A DNA stretch of 64,000 nt. Origin: Myxococcales bacterium. Its GTDB lineage: Bacteria > Myxococcota_A > Polyangia > Polyangiales > Polyangiaceae. Where the stretch lies: positions 32,001 to 96,000 of the forward strand of contig JAYTOU010000024.1 in NCBI GenBank assembly GCA_043747615.1, written 5' to 3'. Below are positions 1-9,084 of this stretch, in pieces. The notes beneath the pieces are model-generated. The model saw nothing but the letters and a program-made list of their open reading frames with translations, was not told where the DNA came from and searched no databases. The first letter of the stretch is position 1. Each line of letters opens with the position of its first letter. A program made the translations under genes and the position numbers.

Positions 1-93
1 CCCCAGAGCCGTCGCGTCTAGCGCGCTTCGATGGTCGCTCCCCATTCCGCGAGTATAACGAGCTTCGCGTTTTACTGCAGCTATGCTGCGCGC

Positions 94-825
94 ATGAAGA
101 TGAGTGGAACCTTCGCATTCTTGCTCGTGCTCGCGGCGTGCGGCGGGAGCACGCCTTCCACCACGCGCGCCCCGGTCGAATCCGAGGAGCAGCGGCACGC
201 TCGCGCGCAGGAGCAGCGTCAGGCAGACGAGCAGCGCGATTTGATCCACGCGCAGGATGGTGTGCGGCGCGAGGATGAAGCGAAGCGACTGGGTTTGCCG
301 GACGGAGGAGATCTGCGCGGCGGACCTATCGCGCCCGACTCGGAGGCCCTCGCGCGGGAATCGCGCGCCAAGGCTGCGGCCACGCAGGCCGAGATGAATC
401 GCAAGCTATGCGCCCCGTCTCAGGTCGCGCGTGCCACGGAAGCGCAGGCTTACGCGAAGACGTGGACGATCTGGCTTGCAAGGATCTCACCGCACCGTCC
501 AGCGATCAAGGCCAGCTGCAGCGGCGCCGACGCAAATGTCGCCCATCGGCAGAACGAGCGCCCGGTCGACTACAACTGCCGAAATCTTCCGAAGGGCGTG
601 ACCAAGGAGGACGCTCTCAAAGTCCTCCGCTTTGATTCAGAGTGGGCGCGAGCGAACGATCCCGACTACCTCACCCGCGAGACGGTCGTCCCCAAGGAAG
701 CGAACGGCGCGTCGGTGAACGACCAGTGCGCTGCGTACGATGCGGAATCGGATCTCGACACGCACGTCACCCTCGGCAACGCCGCAGGACTCGAAAAGCT
801 TCAAAAGTGGAAGCCGAAGCCTTGA
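94..825 (+). CDS. Hypothetical lipoprotein
   Basis: Signal peptide with lipobox LAAC; TATGCT lies 6 nt upstream of the ATG at 94. Confidence 0.7.
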   Translation: MKMSGTFAFLLVLAACGGSTPSTTRAPVESEEQRHARAQEQRQADEQRDLIHAQDGVRREDEAKRLGLPDGGDLRGGPIAPDSEALARESRAKAAATQAEMNRKLCAPSQVARATEAQAYAKTWTIWLARISPHRPAIKASCSGADANVAHRQNERPVDYNCRNLPKGVTKEDALKVLRFDSEWARANDPDYLTRETVVPKEANGASVNDQCAAYDAESDLDTHVTLGNAAGLEKLQKWKPKP

Positions 826-905
826 AAGACGGTGACGTCCACGAGCGAGGGTGCGTCGTGAAGATCATTGGCGCGCAGCACCCGTCGTGCTCAGGTAGGG
901 CTCGC

Positions 906-1436
906 ATGAAGATTCTTCCGATCGTTTTTCTCTCCCTCGCGCTCGCTGGTGTCGTTGCTTGCGGCAACTCGCACCCGAAGAGCCCCGTCGCAGGCCTGAC
1001 CAAGCCGGTGAATCCCCCCGAAATGCCGAACCTGGGAAGGAAGCCGGGGACCATCGAAATCGACCTGCCCTACAACATGTATGTCACCGACTCGGTGCGA
1101 ACTACCTGCGCGGGCCCCGATCCCTTCTTCGCCTTCGACGCTTCGAAGCCCACCGTCGGCGACCAACCCACTATGAAGAACCTCGTGACGTGCATGACCT
1201 CCGGCCCGCTCAGCGGCAAGAGCATCAAGCTGATCGGACACACGGATCCCCGCGGATCACCGGGCTACAACGACAAGCTCGGTCTCGAGCGCGCCGAGAA
1301 AGTGAAGACGTTTCTCGTCGCCAACGGCATCGGGGCGGCGCGCGTCCAGACCGCCACGATGGGCGCAGACGAGGCCAGCCAGGCGCCGAAAGAATGGGCC
1401 CGCGACCGGCGCGTCGAAATCCAGCTCGTTCACTAG
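906..1436 (+). CDS. OmpA-family peptidoglycan-binding lipoprotein
   Basis: Lipobox VVAC; OmpA_C motifs GHTDPRG, YNDKLGLERA, DRRVEI. Confidence 0.9.
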   Translation: MKILPIVFLSLALAGVVACGNSHPKSPVAGLTKPVNPPEMPNLGRKPGTIEIDLPYNMYVTDSVRTTCAGPDPFFAFDASKPTVGDQPTMKNLVTCMTSGPLSGKSIKLIGHTDPRGSPGYNDKLGLERAEKVKTFLVANGIGAARVQTATMGADEASQAPKEWARDRRVEIQLVH

Positions 1437-1460
1437 CGAGCGTGGCGCTCGGCGGCCGAC

Positions 1461-1683
1461 TCAACGGCTCTTGCCGTCGACCTTGGTCACCTGCAGCGCG
1501 TCGAGATCGATCCCCTCGACACACCGCACGTTGATCGCCGCCAGCGTCTTGCCGTCGGGGCCCGGTACCGCGGGCAAACGCCTCGATGCCACAGTGCTTC
1601 AGCGCGCCGAGTCGCCCGCAGCGCGAGCAGTTGCACGAGATCACCTTGCTCAGGTCACCGCGCACCTCGTAGCGAACCTTGCC
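1461..1683 (-). pseudogene. GFA/CENP-V family remnant (5' lost, internal deletion, frameshift)
   Basis: GKVRYEV..VISCNCSRC..LGAL|KHCGIEAFARGTGP, then a shifted frame DGKTLAAINVRCVEGIDLDALQVTKVDGKSR-stop. Confidence 0.8.
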
Positions 1684-1840
1684 AACACAAAAGGCTGTTG
1701 CTGTCGGGAGCGACAACGCGACGAGCGATCGGTTCCCGGCGGAGCGGCGACAGAAGCTCCGGTGAAGAATTATTGCGACATGGCCAGGGCGCGCGGCTCT
1801 GAGCAACGTGGGCAACGGATCCCACGTCCACGGAGCTCCC

Positions 1841-2479
1841 ATGACCAGATTCGCTTCTTCGGCCCTCGTCATCGCACTCGCGCTCGCCTCGCAAGGCTGC
1901 GCAGCCACTGTTTTTGAGCCTCGCGTCGAGGCGGTCGGCGAATACAAGAACACCGAGGCTGTCTCCGAGAAAGCGAACGGCCTCGAGGGCGACGCGCCCG
2001 AGGTGAAGGTCGTCGTCGGCCAGCTCCTCCCGGGAATGACCTACAAAGACGGTCTCTTCTCGGTCGATCCCGCGCGTTACGAAGTGCTCGGCAAAGTCTC
2101 GTCAGAGCCGTCGAAGCGAGTTTTTTACCCATTCAAAGAGTCCTGGCGGCGCTCGGTGTGCTGGCCTCAAGTTCCTCTCGTCTATGCGACGCTCTTCGTG
2201 TGGGTCGTCGTCCCGACCACGTGGGGATGCTTCGTCGGCGCGGGCACTCCGGACGAACGCAAAGACAGCATGGTGACCGCGATGAGGCGCGCGACGAAGG
2301 TGCTCGGGGGAAATCTGCTTCTTGTCGGCGGCTTCGGCGGCACGGTGATCATCAACGCGAACACCGGCGCGCAACTCGCCGAGACCGAGGCTACGCACGG
2401 CGTCGGCTGGGCGCTGCGTGTAAAGGACGGCGCGCTCGAAGCGCCAGTCAAGCCGGTCGGCGTCGGCACTCAGCTCTAA
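1841..2479 (+). CDS. Hypothetical lipoprotein with an internal hydrophobic segment
   Basis: Signal peptide ending SQGC; GGAG upstream of the ATG. Confidence 0.7.
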   Translation: MTRFASSALVIALALASQGCAATVFEPRVEAVGEYKNTEAVSEKANGLEGDAPEVKVVVGQLLPGMTYKDGLFSVDPARYEVLGKVSSEPSKRVFYPFKESWRRSVCWPQVPLVYATLFVWVVVPTTWGCFVGAGTPDERKDSMVTAMRRATKVLGGNLLLVGGFGGTVIINANTGAQLAETEATHGVGWALRVKDGALEAPVKPVGVGTQL

Positions 2480-2520
2480 GTTGGGATGGAGCTCGTCGAA
2501 AGCAGCGAGCAGCGGCGCGG

Positions 2521-3612
2521 CTAACGGATCAGGCTACCGGACCGGTCGAGATAGGGTTGCGCTGCTGCCCACGGAAGTCTCAGGTCCACCAGTGGCGAGC
2601 ACGCTCGAACGGCATGGGGAAAGTCAAAGTCGAACATGAACGAGATCCCCTGCGCGTCGACGTAGACCGAATCGAGGTTTTTCTCGGTGAACGACGGTCC
2701 TTCGCCGCGAAGCACGTCGCCACATGCCGCCCGGTCGCTCGGTTCTTTCGAAAGCTCGCGCTTACTCGCGCGCCACGAATCATGAACTCGCGAGTTGAGC
2801 AGACGCGCCAGCTCGGCCTTCTTGTCCGAGCGAAACGCCTCGGCTCCAATTCTGTCGCCCGTAGCCCATGCAAGCGAAACAGTGCTTTCGGTGACGCTCG
2901 GGTAGGCGCCCATCGTGGAGACGCGCGTCGCGATCGTAACGACGCGTGCGTCGTGATGCAGCACTTCGAAGTCCACGCCGGTCGTACAGCAGTCGTTGAG
3001 GCTGCCTTCGTCATCGCCGACCAACTTCTTGAGAGTGACGTTCGGCATCATCCGCAGTGCAGCCGGTCCCTCGATCACCGGGAGGAAACCAGGGGCGGCA
3101 GTCGCCGGTGACCCCGCGACTTTCACGACGATGCGGCGCGCTCGAACCACGTTCTCTCCCTCGCGGGCGCGGACCTCGGGAGTGAGAACGACCTGCAAGG
3201 ATCGATCGCCTTTCGGTGCCTTCCATTCGCCACGCAGCGCCGAGCCGACCCGCTGTAGAAGGAGCTTACCGGCGGTCTCACCGGACGCCGTCATTTCACG
3301 GACGTCGTACGTGCCGTCTCGACTTCCGGCCAAGCTCTCGAGCTTGAGCCCCTCCGCGCTTCCACGTCCTTCGTAGACCCAGCGTCCGTCGAGTCGCGAT
3401 GGAGTTACTGAGAGGGTCGCACGGACAGGCAGCGCTCCTACGGCGCCGACGTAGACTTCAGTGGAGAGGGCGCCGGGGTGTGGCGTCGTCTCGGAGGCGC
3501 GCGTCGTTGGCGCGGCGATCGGCGTCTTCGGTTCCATCGAGGCGCGGACGGGTGAAGGAGGACGACCGCACGCACCGAGGCAAAGGAGAAGCGTTGCAAG
3601 CAGGTCGCGCAT
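2521..3612 (-). CDS. Hypothetical lipoprotein, C-terminus resembling DUF3298/PdaC-RsiV-like domains
   Basis: Lipobox LGAC; MGAYP and FDFPHA motifs. Confidence 0.6.
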   Translation of the reverse strand: MRDLLATLLLCLGACGRPPSPVRASMEPKTPIAAPTTRASETTPHPGALSTEVYVGAVGALPVRATLSVTPSRLDGRWVYEGRGSAEGLKLESLAGSRDGTYDVREMTASGETAGKLLLQRVGSALRGEWKAPKGDRSLQVVLTPEVRAREGENVVRARRIVVKVAGSPATAAPGFLPVIEGPAALRMMPNVTLKKLVGDDEGSLNDCCTTGVDFEVLHHDARVVTIATRVSTMGAYPSVTESTVSLAWATGDRIGAEAFRSDKKAELARLLNSRVHDSWRASKRELSKEPSDRAACGDVLRGEGPSFTEKNLDSVYVDAQGISFMFDFDFPHAVRACSPLVDLRLPWAAAQPYLDRSGSLIR

Positions 3613-4157
3613 CGTGACTGAACGCCGCGGGAGCTACTCCGATTCCGACACCACGTAAAGTGACGCAGGTCGCGCGGCCCGTAGCGCCCGCTCGGAGTGA
3701 GCTCTGGTAGTGGCACCTCCATAGATCGTTATTGCGCCGCCGCCGGCATGATGACGTTGGTCGAGAAAGGTCATTTTGACGTGCGCCCTCCGAGGCGCGG
3801 TGATCACCGCCAAGCTCGCGCGCCCGTTTCGTTGGAGTGAAAGCTTCATCGTTCATCGCGTGACGACGGTCGCCGAAGCGCGTGCGAGCATCCCTGACGC
3901 GCGCGGCGTCATACGAGCGAAGGCGTCGCGCCCGGGCGACTCACGGCGAGGAGGAAGGCTTCCAGTCATTGTACTGTGCAAGCACTTGGCCGCGGTGATG
4001 GTGTGGCCTTGAGCGGGTAGGTACAGCGTGAACACGCGGCCGGCAGCTTGATTCGTTCTCTTTCGGGGGGCACTTCGTCCGACCGCGTGTCGCCCCCCCC
4101 ACCCACCGAATCGCTCATGAGGTAGCAAGCCTTCGCGCTCGCAGACCTCTCTCTTGC

Positions 4158-5474
4158 TCAGTTGGGCGTCAACCGGCCGCGGATTGCGCGGGCGAAGCGG
4201 CCTGCTGCGAGAGGGTGGCGATTCAGAAACATGAGCGGCTCGAAGACCTCGAACTCCATGAGCAAGAACTTCCCATCTTGGATCACGCCGTCGACGCGTG
4301 CGTAGACCGGGAGCGCGGGAGCCGCCGCAATGCATGCGCGAGCTTCTGCGATCCATTCGTCGCGCACGTCGACGGTTTCGCTCGTACCACCGAATACGAA
4401 TTGCACGCGGTAGTCTCCGACTTTGGGGCGCTTGCAGACTGCGTGGCTGAAGACCCCGTCGAAGAAGAGAAGCGAGAGCTCACCGGCGCTCAGGATCTCC
4501 GGCAGGAAAGGCTGAATCAAGAGGCCGCGGTCCGAGAGGGTCCGCGCAATGTCGTCGCGATATTCATCGGCCGCATCGAGACGGAATCGGTGCGTGCCAT
4601 AGGCGCCGCCCGAGATGGTGGGCTTCACCACGATCTCTTCCCATCCCCGCGCCCGCGCGAGCGCGACGATGTCGGGGCTCTCACCACGCGGAACGACGAT
4701 CGTCGGAACCAGCAAGACGCCTGCCGCGGCCAGATCTTGCAGGTAACGCTTGTCGAAGTTCCAGTCGATGATCTCGCTCGAGTTGCACATCCGCACGCCG
4801 CTCGCGATCCGGGCATCGAGCCACGGACGAAACTCGTCGAGGCGCTCGAAGTAGTCCCACGGCGAGCGAATCACCAACGCATCGAAGGCAAGCCAGTCGA
4901 CGGTGGGGTCGCTCCAGACCGCGGGCCTGGAGTCGACACTGATCTCCTCGAGGGCTGCGACGAGCAGCAAGTCGTCCTCGTAGAGGTGCGGAAACGCGGA
5001 GCTGGTCACGAGTGCGACGCGGGGTCGCGCGAGCTTCAGTAGGACGTCGGTGATTCCGTCGCCCAAGCGGTTGGGAATTTCCTCCACGCGCGTGAAGCCG
5101 TTTTTCTCGAGCGCGCGGAGCGATCCGAGATTGTCATTCGATACGAAGGCGAAAAGTGGACGCGACGTCTCGAGCTTGAGGAACTCGCGGATGGCAAGCG
5201 TGGCGACCCCCTTGCCCCAGTACGCCTTTCCAAAAAAGTAGCCCAGCAAGCGGCGACCTTCGGATTCAAAGGTGTTGATCGTCCCCGCGACGTTCCCTTC
5301 GTGGAGCACGGTCCGCACGACGACCGAAGGCTGTCCGAGAACCGTCGTTTGCCAGTGCGTCACGAACGTTCCGCGATCTCGCCCAGGCATCCCGGCCATG
5401 CGGAGCGCGTCGGGGTCGGCTTGGTGCTCGTAGAAAACGGGGAGATCGCTGGGTAAAACCTCGCGAAGCGGCAT
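4158..5474 (-). CDS. Fusion of a RimJ/RimL-type GNAT acetyltransferase and a RimK/DcsG-like ATP-grasp ligase
   Basis: N-terminal YWGKGVAT..DNLGSLRALEKNGF; C-terminal RSPWDY, WNFDKRYL, VVKPTISGGA, QPFL, YARVD, LMEFEVFEP. Confidence 0.8.
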   Translation of the reverse strand: MPLREVLPSDLPVFYEHQADPDALRMAGMPGRDRGTFVTHWQTTVLGQPSVVVRTVLHEGNVAGTINTFESEGRRLLGYFFGKAYWGKGVATLAIREFLKLETSRPLFAFVSNDNLGSLRALEKNGFTRVEEIPNRLGDGITDVLLKLARPRVALVTSSAFPHLYEDDLLLVAALEEISVDSRPAVWSDPTVDWLAFDALVIRSPWDYFERLDEFRPWLDARIASGVRMCNSSEIIDWNFDKRYLQDLAAAGVLLVPTIVVPRGESPDIVALARARGWEEIVVKPTISGGAYGTHRFRLDAADEYRDDIARTLSDRGLLIQPFLPEILSAGELSLLFFDGVFSHAVCKRPKVGDYRVQFVFGGTSETVDVRDEWIAEARACIAAAPALPVYARVDGVIQDGKFLLMEFEVFEPLMFLNRHPLAAGRFARAIRGRLTPN

Positions 5475-5497
5475 GCGCTTATAGTAGCGAGACGCCC
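5475..5497. promoter_or_regulatory. Putative bidirectional promoter with overlapping -10 elements
   Basis: TATAGT at 5480-5485 (+) and TACTAT at 5486-5481 (-) in a 23-bp gap between divergent start codons. Confidence 0.55.
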
Positions 5498-5986
5498 GTG
5501 AATGCCGCACGCAAAAACGCGCAGAAGTTCATCGCGCAGAATCGCGCCGCGACCTTCCACTACGTTATCTCGGAGCGCTACGAAGCGGGCATTGTCTTGC
5601 GCGGCAGCGAAGTGAAGTCTCTGCGCGACGGCCGCGTCGATCTCAGCGACGCCTACGCTTCGATCGAGCGAGACGAGGTGTGGCTACGGCAGATGCACAT
5701 TGCATCCTTCTTCGCGGCGCGGGCGTTTCCGCATGCGGAGCGCGGTGTGCGGAAGCTGCTCCTCCACGCGAAAGAAATTCGCCACCTGGAGCGCGCCGTG
5801 CTCCGCGAGGGCTTTACGCTGCTACCGCTCAACCTCTACTTCAAGGAGGGGCGCGTGAAGGTCACCCTGGGCCTCGCCCGCGGAAAGAAGGCTCACGACA
5901 AGCGCGCCGCCATTGCCGCAAAGACGGAGGCGCGCGAGGCCCTCGAAGTCGTTCGCGCGCATCGAGATGGGTTCAAAACGAAGTGA
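5498..5986 (+). CDS. smpB: SsrA-binding protein SmpB
   Basis: IAQNRAA..YEAGIVLRGSEVKSLR..RKLLLHAKEI..LARGKKAHDKR. Confidence 0.97.
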   Translation: MNAARKNAQKFIAQNRAATFHYVISERYEAGIVLRGSEVKSLRDGRVDLSDAYASIERDEVWLRQMHIASFFAARAFPHAERGVRKLLLHAKEIRHLERAVLREGFTLLPLNLYFKEGRVKVTLGLARGKKAHDKRAAIAAKTEAREALEVVRAHRDGFKTK

Positions 5987-6005
5987 CCGCGGGGGCCAAC
6001 GCTCC

Positions 6006-7178
6006 TCAAGGCAGCGAGTTGATCCAGTTGTCGACGAGCTGAACTCCGGCGGTGTCCACGATGTGCGTCGCGAGTGGAGGCATTTGCTGGCCCGCCACGC
6101 GCGAGCTGTCGCGGAAGTGCACGCAGCTGTGGGCGGTGTCGCGGGGTTTTATCCGAAGGAGCCCTGCATCCGGGGTGGGCTGGTAGCCCGAGACCACGCC
6201 AACGCCGGTCGTGTACGTGTCCGTCGCCATCACCGTCGCGAGCTGCCCTGCGTTGAGGCGCATGCGAAACCCGGTGCTTAGCGCAAGCGCGTAGTTCGAG
6301 TTGCTGTGGCAGGAGGTACCGCAGTTCGCGTGAAGCCACCCGAGCGCGGCGCTTTCCGTCGCATTACCGGGAATGACGAGGGGAGCCGCAGGGGTAGTGG
6401 TGATCACGTTGTCAGTGGCGAGCTGCGCCATCGTCTCGCCCGTCGCATTCGGCGAAGAGAGCCCGATGGCCTCGAAGCCGAGCACGCCGTCGAGCCGGCC
6501 CTGGTGGCAGGTGGTGCAGTCGCTTTGGGAAGGAATCTCGTAGGTCGTTCCCCACACGTTCGTGCGCCCGGTGGTCAGCTCGGTGGCCGTTGTTTGGTCC
6601 TGCGACCACGCATAAGAGGTGCGCACCCAGCTGAAGTTGCTCGTCGACTTTTTCCAGGTCATCCGCGTCTCGACCTTGAGACCGCCGACGCGAAACTCTT
6701 TCCAGAACCGCGTGCCCGCAGGGAACGTCCATTCGTTCATGTCGGTGGTGTCGATTTTTTGTCCGGCGGGGATGCGGATCCAGCGCGATTTGGCCGCGCC
6801 GTCACTCCACAAGTGAAGTCCGGGATCGTAGGGGAGAACATCGGACGCGATCGTGCGCGTTGCCCACGATGCGTAGAGGCCAGTGCATCCGAGATCGCGC
6901 GACTCACCGTCGGGGCCGAGGACCGTGCAATCGAGCGCGGCGTCGCCACCTGCGTCGATCGGAGCGTCGCCATCCGCCCCGTCTGCTGCATCCGCGGCGC
7001 TCGAATCGAGACCTGCGCCATCCGCGCTTGCGTCTCCGGCGTCGACCGCGTCACCGTTCGGAGAGTCGCCGGGCGAGGCATCATCGGGAAGCAAGGTGGA
7101 CGCGCCATCACAGGCCCCGAGGCTCGCGGAAACTCCGACCGCCAAGACGAGCACGGCAGCGAGCCGCATTGCTTTCAT
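6006..7178 (-). CDS. SO2930-like diheme c-type cytochrome lipoprotein
   Basis: Lipobox LGAC; LWSDGAAKSRWI, FPAGTRFWKEF, ETR; heme motifs CTTCH and CGTSCH; C-terminal QMPP. Start may be 7199. Confidence 0.75.
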   Translation of the reverse strand: MKAMRLAAVLVLAVGVSASLGACDGASTLLPDDASPGDSPNGDAVDAGDASADGAGLDSSAADAADGADGDAPIDAGGDAALDCTVLGPDGESRDLGCTGLYASWATRTIASDVLPYDPGLHLWSDGAAKSRWIRIPAGQKIDTTDMNEWTFPAGTRFWKEFRVGGLKVETRMTWKKSTSNFSWVRTSYAWSQDQTTATELTTGRTNVWGTTYEIPSQSDCTTCHQGRLDGVLGFEAIGLSSPNATGETMAQLATDNVITTTPAAPLVIPGNATESAALGWLHANCGTSCHSNSNYALALSTGFRMRLNAGQLATVMATDTYTTGVGVVSGYQPTPDAGLLRIKPRDTAHSCVHFRDSSRVAGQQMPPLATHIVDTAGVQLVDNWINSLP

Positions 7179-7236
7179 GACCGACACTTTACGCTGCATT
7201 GGCCGTGCGCGCTCCCCGGGTGAAACGACGACGAAC

Positions 7237-7263
7237 GGGGGGCGACGCCCGCCTCCCTTTTTT
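7237..7263 (+). terminator. Intrinsic terminator-like hairpin
   Basis: GGGGGGCG-ACGCC-CGCCTCCC followed by TTTTTT. Confidence 0.5.
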
Positions 7264-7302
7264 CGCTTACCAAGCGCGGCCGTCACACATAGGATTCCGC
7301 GC

Positions 7303-8094
7303 ATGCACTTCCAGCGCCTCATAGCATCCATGATCATTGCGCTTCCGCTCGCCGGCGTTGCCTGCGGCGGGACCACGCAGTTCGCCGGCTCGCAGCCCTT
7401 GACGATCGCCGCGACGCCCCTCCCGCCCTTGCAGGCGCCCCCGCTCCCGCCCGCGCCCATCCCCGAGCCCGTGAAGCCGCCGCCGCGCGTCGAGCTCCGG
7501 GACAACAAGATCGACTTCAAGGAGAAGATCCAGTTCGAGGTCAACAAGGCGATCATCAAGCCGGAGAGCGCGTCTCTCCTCCATGACATCGCCGAGGTCA
7601 TCAAGGCGAACCCCCAGGTGAAGAAGATCTCCATCGAGGGTCACGCCAGCTCCGAAGGCAACGCCGCCACGAACAAGAAGCTCTCCGACGATCGCGCCAA
7701 GGCCGTCATGGCCTACGAGATCAAAAAAGAGGGCGTGGACGCCGCGCGCCTCTCGGCAAAGGGCTGGGGCATCGAGAAGCCGCTCGTGCCGAACGACACC
7801 GAAGAAGGGCGCGAGAAGAACCGCCGCGTCGACTTCCTCGTGATGGAGCAAGACGTCACTCAGAAGAAGGTCGAGATCGATCCGACGACGGGTAAAGAGC
7901 GCGTCATCGACGAGAAGAAAGAGACGCAGACGGCGCCCGCTCCCGCAGCGACGCCCGGATCGACCCCCACCACGCAGGGCACTAAGCCTGACGTAAAGGC
8001 CGAGGCGAAGGCCACGGAGCCGAAGAAAGCGATGCCCAAGCCGCCCACCCCTACACCGCCTGTCGACACGACGAAGGCGGGAGGAAAGAAATGA
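7303..8094 (+). CDS. OmpA-family lipoprotein with a Pro-rich linker
   Basis: Lipobox GVAC; IQFEVNKAII, IEGHAS, LSDDRAKAV, NRRVDF. Confidence 0.9.
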   Translation: MHFQRLIASMIIALPLAGVACGGTTQFAGSQPLTIAATPLPPLQAPPLPPAPIPEPVKPPPRVELRDNKIDFKEKIQFEVNKAIIKPESASLLHDIAEVIKANPQVKKISIEGHASSEGNAATNKKLSDDRAKAVMAYEIKKEGVDAARLSAKGWGIEKPLVPNDTEEGREKNRRVDFLVMEQDVTQKKVEIDPTTGKERVIDEKKETQTAPAPAATPGSTPTTQGTKPDVKAEAKATEPKKAMPKPPTPTPPVDTTKAGGKK

Positions 8095-8513
8095 AAACTA
8101 CGCTCTTTGCCGTTTGTGCACTCGCCGCTCTGTCTGGATGCGGCTTCGCCGTCCGAAGCCCTGACATGTACCGCGCCGACACCCAGACCGCGTTCGCCAC
8201 CAAGACCGACGCCATGCGCGCATGCTACGACGGCGTGCTCAAGTCGACCCCCGGCGCCCAGGGCCAGGTAGCGGTCTCGTTCGATGTCGAGACCGAGCAC
8301 GGGAAGCTCACCAACGTGGCCGTCCTTCCCGGGAAGACCACCGCGCCTCCGCCCGTCGCCGATTGCGTGACGAAGAACCTCGACGGGGTCGCGCTCACGC
8401 CGCCCGACGGCAACAAAGGCGAAGGCACGTGGGTGTTCGACTTCGTTGCCCCGGCTCCCGCCGTGCAGCTGACGAATCCGCCCGGAGTCTACGCCCCCGC
8501 GCCCAAGAGCTGA
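8091..8513 (+). CDS. Lipoprotein with an AgmX/PglI C-terminal (TonB-C-like) domain
   Basis: Lipobox LSGC; MRACYD..PGAQGQVAVSF..VADCV; ATGA overlap with the OmpA gene. Confidence 0.7.
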   Translation: MKTTLFAVCALAALSGCGFAVRSPDMYRADTQTAFATKTDAMRACYDGVLKSTPGAQGQVAVSFDVETEHGKLTNVAVLPGKTTAPPPVADCVTKNLDGVALTPPDGNKGEGTWVFDFVAPAPAVQLTNPPGVYAPAPKS

Positions 8514-8592
8514 AAACAAGCTCGACCGCTCTTCTCCTCGCCATCGCGTGCTGCAGCAACGGGCAACGGTGGCGAGGAGTTTTGTTTTGAGA

Positions 8593-9060
8593 TCAGTGAC
8601 CGCCAGGCAGGCAAAGGCCCGTCATCGAATTGCACGACGCAGTCGCATTGCAGTCGGCGGCGCTCTGGCAAGGGAACGCGCACTTCTGGAACTGCGTGTT
8701 GCACCGCGCGAGCCCGCACGATCCGTCGTTCTGGCAGGGAAGCGCGAACGGGCCCGGCGTGGCCATCGCCCGGGAGGCAGGTGCCACGGGTGTCGGCGAC
8801 GTCTGCGACGTCTGAGGAGGCGGCGTCGGCTGGGGCTGTTGCTGCTGCGGGAAGCTTTGCTGCTGCGGCGGGGGCGGAGGGTTCTGCTGCTGCTGCGCTT
8901 GGGGCTGCTGTTGCGAGGGGTACGGCTGCTGCTGCCCCTGCGGAGTGGTGGGCTGCTGCGCAGCGTCTTGGTTGCCGCCACACGCAAAAACCACGAGACC
9001 CACCGTCGTCACAACCGCCGCTACGCTAAGCTTTGAAGAAATTCGCACGCACACCTCCAC
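8593..9060 (-). CDS. Gln/Pro-rich lipoprotein with a Cys-rich C-terminus
   Basis: VFAC lipobox, Q/P tract, 8-Cys tail; start codon uncertain. Confidence 0.7.
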   Translation of the reverse strand: MEVCVRISSKLSVAAVVTTVGLVVFACGGNQDAAQQPTTPQGQQQPYPSQQQPQAQQQQNPPPPPQQQSFPQQQQPQPTPPPQTSQTSPTPVAPASRAMATPGPFALPCQNDGSCGLARCNTQFQKCAFPCQSAADCNATASCNSMTGLCLPGGH

Positions 9061-9084
9061 GAGAGTTTCTGCTCTGAGTATGCA

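Noticed and set aside
3613..6005. tmRNA (ssrA) near smpB
   Set aside because: No tRNA-like acceptor ends, T-arm or tag reading frame were recognised in the flanking gaps
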